A DNA stretch of 64,000 bases, taken from assembly GCA_965116875.1 (NCBI GenBank), contig OZ220733.1:5088001-5152000 (forward strand). Reading direction: 5' to 3'. The notes beneath the pieces were generated by a model. That model ran no database searches, had not been told where the DNA came from, and saw only the letters and a list, made by a program, of their open reading frames with translations. The stretch is from Candidatus Latescibacterota bacterium (GTDB lineage Bacteria > Latescibacterota > UBA2968 > GCA-2709665). Position 1 is the stretch's first letter. The number at the start of each line of letters is the position of its first letter. A program made the translations under genes and the position numbers. Of this stretch, positions 58,156 through 64,000 are shown one piece after another.

Positions 58156-58893
58156 ATGCAGGTCGATCCACGGAGACTTCAGGAACTGCACAGCTTCATG
58201 AACGCGCTCGAACCCGGCGGACCGTCGCGGGCGGCTCTGTTGCTCAGAGCGGCGAAGGGTCTCAACCGGCCGGGCGGCAGCCTGGTTGTGATGGATGCCT
58301 CTTTCAACCCGATGACCCTTGCCCACGAAGCCATGATGAACCGGGCATCGGAATCCTGCCGGGCCGGCGAAGCGCTGCTGTTGCTGTCACACGCAAATGT
58401 CGACAAACCCATCTACGGGGCGTCGCTGGCACAGCGGCTGGCCATGCTCGAACACTATGCAAAACCGTATTCGAACGTCTCAGTGGCCGGCTGCAGCCAC
58501 GCCCGGTTCGTGGACAAAGCCAGCGCACTGCGTCCCCTCTATCCCGATTCGACCGATCTGAATTTCGTCGTCGGTTACGACACGCTACTGAGAATCTTCG
58601 ATCCGAGGTACTATTCCAACCTCGAGGACGAGCTCGCCGCACTCTTCGACCGCGCCTACGTCATCGCCGCCAACCGCGACAATATCGGCAAGGAAACCAT
58701 GCGAAGGCTGGAGAAAAGCCCGGAATTTGCGGCATTTTCAGATAGAATCCGTTTCATCAGGCTGGACGGCGCCTATTCGCGGATATCTTCAACCGAGGTC
58801 CGGGACCTCAGACGAAATGGCGTGGCAATCCGTCACCTTGTCCCGTCCAGCGTGGCGGACGCCATCGATGCGCTCGACCTGTATCGTGTCTGA
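58156..58893 (+). CDS. Nicotinamide/nicotinate-nucleotide adenylyltransferase-like (Pof1-like)
   Basis: DASFNPMTLAH, NVDK, RFVDK, GYDTLLRIFDPRYY, ISSTEVR. Confidence 0.8.
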   Translation: MQVDPRRLQELHSFMNALEPGGPSRAALLLRAAKGLNRPGGSLVVMDASFNPMTLAHEAMMNRASESCRAGEALLLLSHANVDKPIYGASLAQRLAMLEHYAKPYSNVSVAGCSHARFVDKASALRPLYPDSTDLNFVVGYDTLLRIFDPRYYSNLEDELAALFDRAYVIAANRDNIGKETMRRLEKSPEFAAFSDRIRFIRLDGAYSRISSTEVRDLRRNGVAIRHLVPSSVADAIDALDLYRV

Positions 58894-59000
58894 CGGTATG
58901 GCGGGTGCGGCACGGCGGCGACGGACGCTCTCCGGCGTCGGTAAAGCCTGTAAACTTTTGACTGTGAGAACCCCTTGAAAGTTCCACGGGAGGAAATTGA

Positions 59001-60632
59001 ATGAACGGCGCGGATCTGCTGGTGGCGGAACTACAGCAAAAGGGGGTCGCCTTCGTTGCAACCCTGTGCGGTCACGGTCTGGACGACCTGGACGACGCGT
59101 GCGACCGGGCGGGAATGCGGCTTGTGGACGTGCGAAACGAGCAGGCCGCGGGATATATCGCCGAAGCCGTGGGACGCCTCAGCCGCACAGTGGGCGTTTG
59201 CGCCGTCAGCAGCGGCGTGGCGCACGTGAACGCGCTCACCGGCGCCTGCAACGCCCATTTCGACGGCGCGCCGATGCTGCTCATCACCGGGAGCGGACCT
59301 TTCCGAACCTCGGGACTCGGTCACTTCCAGGACCTGGACCAGGTTGCCATCGCTGCGCCCCTGTGCAAGTACGCGGAAACCATCCGCCATCCGGAGCGAA
59401 TACCGCAGATGCTGCACGAGGCCTTCGAAGCCGCGATATCCGGCAGACCGGGACCCGTGCACCTGACCGTTCCCCAGGACGTCCTCGACGCCGAAATCCG
59501 CGCCGACGCGGTCGTGCGCGTTCACAATACCGGCCATCCGGCGCCCACCGTCGCGTTGGGGCATCCGGGAGGAATCGACCGGATCGCGGATCTGATCTCA
59601 CAGTCGGCCCGTCCCCTTCTGATTGCCGGCGGCGGGACACACTATGCCGACGGCGGCGACGCGCTGGCGGAATTCTCCCGATTTCTGGCTGTTCCCGTGG
59701 TGGTTCCGATCTGGGACCGCGGCGCCGTCCCGCGGCCCATAGAGACCTTTATGGGCGTTGTCGGCGCGGCAAGCGGGGGACCCCGGCTCCTGTCCGATGC
59801 AGACCTGGTTCTGGTGGCAGGCGCGGTCTGCGACTACCGGATCGGCTACCTTCAACCGCCTGCCGTGCATCCCGACGCAACCATCGTGCGCATCCACGCG
59901 GATGCCTTCCATCTCAATCAGGGCGCGGGCGCTCACCATCGCCTGACGGCAGATCCCGGGTCCGCGCTCAGCCAGCTGACCGAGGCCGCGAAATCACGGA
60001 AGATCGCGCCCAGGACGGCCTGGCTCCAGGAAGCCGCCAGGCGGCGGGACGCGTTTCAACGGCGGTGTCTGGCCGCACGCAAAGGAAACGGCCTGCACGC
60101 GCTGGACATCATCAACGCCGTTCAGGCCGTCCTGACCGACGATACCATTGTCATCATCGACGGCGGCAACATCGGACAGTGGGCCCACCAGGTCCTCTGC
60201 GACCGGTATCCCGGCCACTGGCTCACCTGCGGCGCAAGCGGCGTTGTCGGCTACGGGATCCCGGCGGCGATGGCCGCACGCCTCCTGTACCCGGAACGGC
60301 ACGTCATCCTCATTTCCGGTGACGGCGCGCTCACGTTCACCGTCGCCGAACTCGAGGCCGCCTCCCGACAGAAACTGCCCTTCGTGGTCCTGCTGGCCGA
60401 CGACGAAGCGTGGGGAATCACACTTTCCGGGCACGAGGCGCGTTACGGCCGCGGCATCACCTCCGAACTGGGTCCGATCGACTACGCGGGGATGGCGGAA
60501 GCCTTTGGCGCGGACGGCACACGCATCGAACACGCCCGCCAGATCCTGCCCGCGCTTCGGGACGGTCTGGACGCGGAACGGCCCACGCTGATCCACGTTC
60601 CGGTGCCCCGGAGCAGTCCCGCTGACAAATAA
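59001..60632 (+). CDS. Thiamine diphosphate-binding enzyme (acetolactate synthase-like)
   Basis: VRNEQAAGY, GRPGPVHL, GYGIPAAMAA, GDGA. Confidence 0.9.
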   Translation: MNGADLLVAELQQKGVAFVATLCGHGLDDLDDACDRAGMRLVDVRNEQAAGYIAEAVGRLSRTVGVCAVSSGVAHVNALTGACNAHFDGAPMLLITGSGPFRTSGLGHFQDLDQVAIAAPLCKYAETIRHPERIPQMLHEAFEAAISGRPGPVHLTVPQDVLDAEIRADAVVRVHNTGHPAPTVALGHPGGIDRIADLISQSARPLLIAGGGTHYADGGDALAEFSRFLAVPVVVPIWDRGAVPRPIETFMGVVGAASGGPRLLSDADLVLVAGAVCDYRIGYLQPPAVHPDATIVRIHADAFHLNQGAGAHHRLTADPGSALSQLTEAAKSRKIAPRTAWLQEAARRRDAFQRRCLAARKGNGLHALDIINAVQAVLTDDTIVIIDGGNIGQWAHQVLCDRYPGHWLTCGASGVVGYGIPAAMAARLLYPERHVILISGDGALTFTVAELEAASRQKLPFVVLLADDEAWGITLSGHEARYGRGITSELGPIDYAGMAEAFGADGTRIEHARQILPALRDGLDAERPTLIHVPVPRSSPADK

Positions 60633-60669
60633 CGGCTGCATCGGTCGCCTGAAATCGAGGGCTTCGATT

Positions 60670-62778
60670 CTACATGACGCCGTACCAGCCGTACTGGTCT
60701 TCGGGAACAAGCACGAAATTGGACCGCGCCGCGGGATACCACGTGTCCGGATTCCTCTCCCGGTGATCGTCCACGGCGCGCACTTCCACAAAGTACATTC
60801 TGTTGGCTTCCGGCACCTTCCAGACAATTGACGTGTCCACGGTCGTTTCGGCCGTCACTTCCTCACGACACGCTCGATCATTGAAAACCCGCACGTCGTA
60901 TTCGACCCCGCCGCCGCCCATCTTTATCGCCCGAGCCCAGTTCAAGCGGACCTCTTGCCCGCCCACCCGCTGCGCCGGCAACGGAAGGGCAAACGTTGGC
61001 GGATGCTCCTTGTCGGCCCCCAGATAGTACGAGTAATACGGCTCCGACCCCCAGATGCCGAATACGTACCCCAGAATCCAGAACCGGTCTTCGCTCTCGA
61101 GCAACTCGGGATCGTACGCGAAGCACTCCTGGGCGAAGCCATCGGCGAAATAAACGTCCGCCTTCAGTTCGGCCACGGACAACACGCGCCCCGCCTTGTG
61201 CGGCTGATTGGCGCCGAAAAACAGCGCGTCCACAATATGATCGCCGCCGTCGTACGTGGCCTCCGCGACCACGTGGTGGGAGAGACCGACCGTCCGAACA
61301 GGAATGCCCAGCGCTTCCAGAATCGCCACCGTGACCGCAACGCCCTGCCCGCACCGGGCATCGTGTGCCTCGAGTATGGCCACCGGGTCCCGGGTATCGG
61401 GTATCTGGACCGGATTGTAGTACAGCGTCCGATTCACGTAACCCGCAACCTCTTTAACCGCTTCCGCGTCCGATGACAGCCCGGCCGTGATGGTCCTGGC
61501 AAGGTGTCCGAGGTACCTCGACCGATCGGTCCTGGATGCACGGCGGACCAGTTCGGCCTCCACCCCGGGCGGATAGTCCGTCGCGGGGCCCTCCATATTC
61601 ACGGTGGGCGGCGTCCATGGCGAATGCGGCAGATAGAGTGACCTCTCCGCGCCGTACGTGCGGCGGTACCGATTCAGATGCGCACCCCGGTCAAACGCCG
61701 TGTCATGATTGCCGAAACCCGGCTCCTGTGCGGCCGGTTCGCTTTGCAGTACAATCCAGGAACCGAAAGCCTTACCCGGCTTCCCGGGTTGCGCGTAGGG
61801 AATGGTCGTTCCCGTAATCGCGAATCGATCGCCGTCCGTCCAGTGATAACAAAGCAGCGGGACCCCGTCCGGCTGTTCCGGCGCCGTGAGGTAGTCGAAT
61901 GTTCCGGTATCCGGGTCGAATACCAGAAAACGGTCAAGAAACCGGGGTGAATCCCCGTCGATCGTCAGAGGCCCGTCAGGGATCACGATCCGACCCGTTT
62001 TCGGATCGAGGCGGCTCGGATGCATATATGTACTCAGGCAGATATACGCACAGCCCCCGAAGCCGAACCCGCCACCCATGAATCCGTACACACTGCCGTG
62101 GTCCGGCGTGGGAATCGGTTCTTCCCAACGGCCGCTGACCGGCTCCAGCGGCAGAATCCGGCCCCTTGAAACGTCCCACGTGTAAAGCAGGCCGCGATGC
62201 ATGAGGTGTCCGGATAGCGAGGCTTCGGGATAGGGACCGGGGCGCTCGTCAACGAATCGTTCTTCAGCGGGATCGAACCTGATTATTCTTGAGGGATCGG
62301 TCAATGGTGACCAGACCATCCCCTCAACGTACCACCCGCTTGCCAGTTGCCCTTCGAACGGGCAGTCCACGACACGCGGCTGCGCCAGCGGGCCGTCCAG
62401 AACCAGAACCCTGGATTCCGAACGCTCGAAGAGCAGCACCTTGCCACAAGGCGTCTTGAGTCCGTACCAGACGATGGGCCGGGCTGCGGGGATCTGCCGC
62501 CTTTCACACGTTCGACGCTCCGGATCGAATACCAGGTAGTACGGCAGGTCCCCCATGGTGAGCAACAGCCTGTCTTCCCATGCGATGACCTGGACCACCG
62601 ATCGACCCGCCATTTCTGCCACCGGCATCCGGACCGACTCCGCTGTTCGTAAATTATGGCCTGTCAATCGGTTGCGCCCACAACCCTCCCATAGCCAGTC
62701 CGATCCGTCGACGTCAATTCCGAACGGTCTTCCGGTTTGAATTTCGTCGTGCCTGTACATCCAAACCTGATTTTTCAT
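60670..62778 (-). CDS. Beta-propeller plus transglutaminase-like domain protein
   Basis: Beta-rich FDP repeats; ARCGQ...LEALGIPVR...HVVAE...IVDA Cys-His-Asp pattern; FN3-like tail. Confidence 0.65.
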   Translation of the reverse strand: MKNQVWMYRHDEIQTGRPFGIDVDGSDWLWEGCGRNRLTGHNLRTAESVRMPVAEMAGRSVVQVIAWEDRLLLTMGDLPYYLVFDPERRTCERRQIPAARPIVWYGLKTPCGKVLLFERSESRVLVLDGPLAQPRVVDCPFEGQLASGWYVEGMVWSPLTDPSRIIRFDPAEERFVDERPGPYPEASLSGHLMHRGLLYTWDVSRGRILPLEPVSGRWEEPIPTPDHGSVYGFMGGGFGFGGCAYICLSTYMHPSRLDPKTGRIVIPDGPLTIDGDSPRFLDRFLVFDPDTGTFDYLTAPEQPDGVPLLCYHWTDGDRFAITGTTIPYAQPGKPGKAFGSWIVLQSEPAAQEPGFGNHDTAFDRGAHLNRYRRTYGAERSLYLPHSPWTPPTVNMEGPATDYPPGVEAELVRRASRTDRSRYLGHLARTITAGLSSDAEAVKEVAGYVNRTLYYNPVQIPDTRDPVAILEAHDARCGQGVAVTVAILEALGIPVRTVGLSHHVVAEATYDGGDHIVDALFFGANQPHKAGRVLSVAELKADVYFADGFAQECFAYDPELLESEDRFWILGYVFGIWGSEPYYSYYLGADKEHPPTFALPLPAQRVGGQEVRLNWARAIKMGGGGVEYDVRVFNDRACREEVTAETTVDTSIVWKVPEANRMYFVEVRAVDDHRERNPDTWYPAARSNFVLVPEDQYGWYGVM

Positions 62779-63029
62779 TGGCTGTCCCTCACTGGAGGCG
62801 TTGCCCGCCAAATCCCTTTTTTTAAAAGAATGCTCGCCCGCCACGGGACGCCCCGCCCTGAACAGCCCATTGAAAAAACACATCCAGGTTGCGTAGCGAC
62901 GATATCAACGGACCGTTAAACCGGTTGACAAATCAAAAAGAACCGCTAATTTATGCCGAAATTTGGGCCCTGTACCCTTCCGCTTCATCCGGAATTCCAA
63001 TGCGGCATCTCACATCGGCGAGGCTCCCC

Positions 63030-63722
63030 ATGGGTGTGATTACCGTTTCAAGAGAATACGGCAGCGACGGGCGATCGGTCGCACAAAAGGCGGCGGATCT
63101 GCTGGGTTATCTATGCATGAACAAAGACCTGCTGGTGGAAGTGGCCAATGAAGCCGAGATCCCGGTTTCTGAAGCCGAACGCTTCGATGAACGCCCTGAA
63201 CATCCCGCCATGCGTGTGATTCGAAAGTTCCTCACGCCGGGCCATCCGGAAGCCATTACCGGTCTTTCCGAGTACGAATGGTGGGCGACCGCCACGGTGC
63301 CCGAATTGACCGGACGAAGCGATGCCGGTCTGTCCCTTCCGGACGAGGAATCCTTTGTCAACATCACACGTGAAGTCGTCACGCGGCTGGCCGAACGGGA
63401 CAACGTGGTTCTGGTGGGCCGGGGCGGGCAGGTGCTGCTGAGAGATCGGCCGGATACCCTCCATCTGCGGGTGGTTGCCCCCATGGAGTACCGGATTCAG
63501 GTGGTTATGGAGCGGGAAGATCTGGAATCGGATGCCGCGGCGAAACGCATCCGCAAGATGGACGAATACCGAAGACGCTACCTCAAACGGCACTACGGCA
63601 TCGCCTGGAATGCTTCCGAAAACTATCACCTGACGCTCAATACCCGGCAGACCGGTATCGAAGGCGCCGCCGGCATCGTCGCCGAAGCCGTGCGGTATAT
63701 GGTCAAGGCAAGGCGAAACTGA
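63030..63722 (+). CDS. Cytidylate kinase-like family protein
   Basis: ITVSREYGSDG, VLVGRGG, YHLTLNT. Confidence 0.88.
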   Translation: MGVITVSREYGSDGRSVAQKAADLLGYLCMNKDLLVEVANEAEIPVSEAERFDERPEHPAMRVIRKFLTPGHPEAITGLSEYEWWATATVPELTGRSDAGLSLPDEESFVNITREVVTRLAERDNVVLVGRGGQVLLRDRPDTLHLRVVAPMEYRIQVVMEREDLESDAAAKRIRKMDEYRRRYLKRHYGIAWNASENYHLTLNTRQTGIEGAAGIVAEAVRYMVKARRN

Positions 63723-63754
63723 CCGCGCACGGCCGGAAAACATTGAAGCACGCA

Positions 63755-63790
63755 CAAAGATGCCCCGGGGATCCCTCCGGGGCGTTTTGC
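63755..63790. terminator. Hairpin terminator between convergent genes
   Basis: caaagatgccccgg...ccggggcgttttg. Confidence 0.65.
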
Positions 63791-63814
63791 TCTCTGAATC
63801 AATCCTGACCTCGT

Positions 63815-64000
63815 TTATTCTTCTTCCCTGAGCAACTCCACCAGCATTTCCAGCGCCGCGATATATCCCCGCCATTTGAAACCGGCAACCTGCCCAACCA
63901 CGATCGCCGAAAAGCAGGAATGCCGCCGGAACGCTTCCCTGGCATGGATATTTGACAGATGCACCTCCACCGTTGGCAGCTGGCTGTCTTCAACGGCATC
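63815..64000 (-). CDS. aroQ: Type II 3-dehydroquinate dehydratase, C-terminal part
   Basis: Manual translation DAVEDSQLPTVEVHLSNIHAREAFRRHS...GFKWRGY; this frame is not in the ORF track. Confidence 0.92.
   Translation of the reverse strand, partial: DAVEDSQLPTVEVHLSNIHAREAFRRHSCFSAIVVGQVAGFKWRGYIAALEMLVELLREEE

Noticed and set aside
63799-63999. 66-aa ORF from the track
   Set aside because: Wrong frame; the real coding frame is the aroQ C-terminus ending at 63815.
1-64000. tRNA, rRNA, prophage or intact transposase/integrase genes
   Set aside because: None recognised by eye; a covariance-model scan would be needed to exclude small RNAs.

Overview
GC-rich bacterial chromosomal region with about 55 recognisable genes and relics. 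I saw no rRNA, tRNA or CRISPR array. The housekeeping backbone comprises recG, a pfkB-hflK-hflC-peptidase-coaE operon, rhaA, a partial aroQ and assorted metabolic enzymes. An imuA-imuB-dnaE2-SRAP SOS mutagenesis cassette carries a candidate operator palindrome and a 1-nt frameshift in a C7 tract of dnaE2. Accessory content is dense: a RelE-like pair, Fic, MNT-HEPN, Doc, VapBC, HicAB, two AAA_14/DUF4143 ATPases, a collapsed hsdR relic, Sel1/TPR/ankyrin repeat proteins, two MITE-like insertions, and REP palindromes with RAYT gene remnants. The most notable observation is at 4659-6367, which reconstructs to one 504-aa HigA(HTH)-SIR2-like ORF once a 190-bp TTAA-flanked insertion is removed; it sits behind a promoter with a perfect operator palindrome. 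The ankyrin/Sel1/TA enrichment suggests a host-associated (e.g. sponge-type) symbiont, but this is inference only. All family calls come from motif recognition by eye; no database searches were run.
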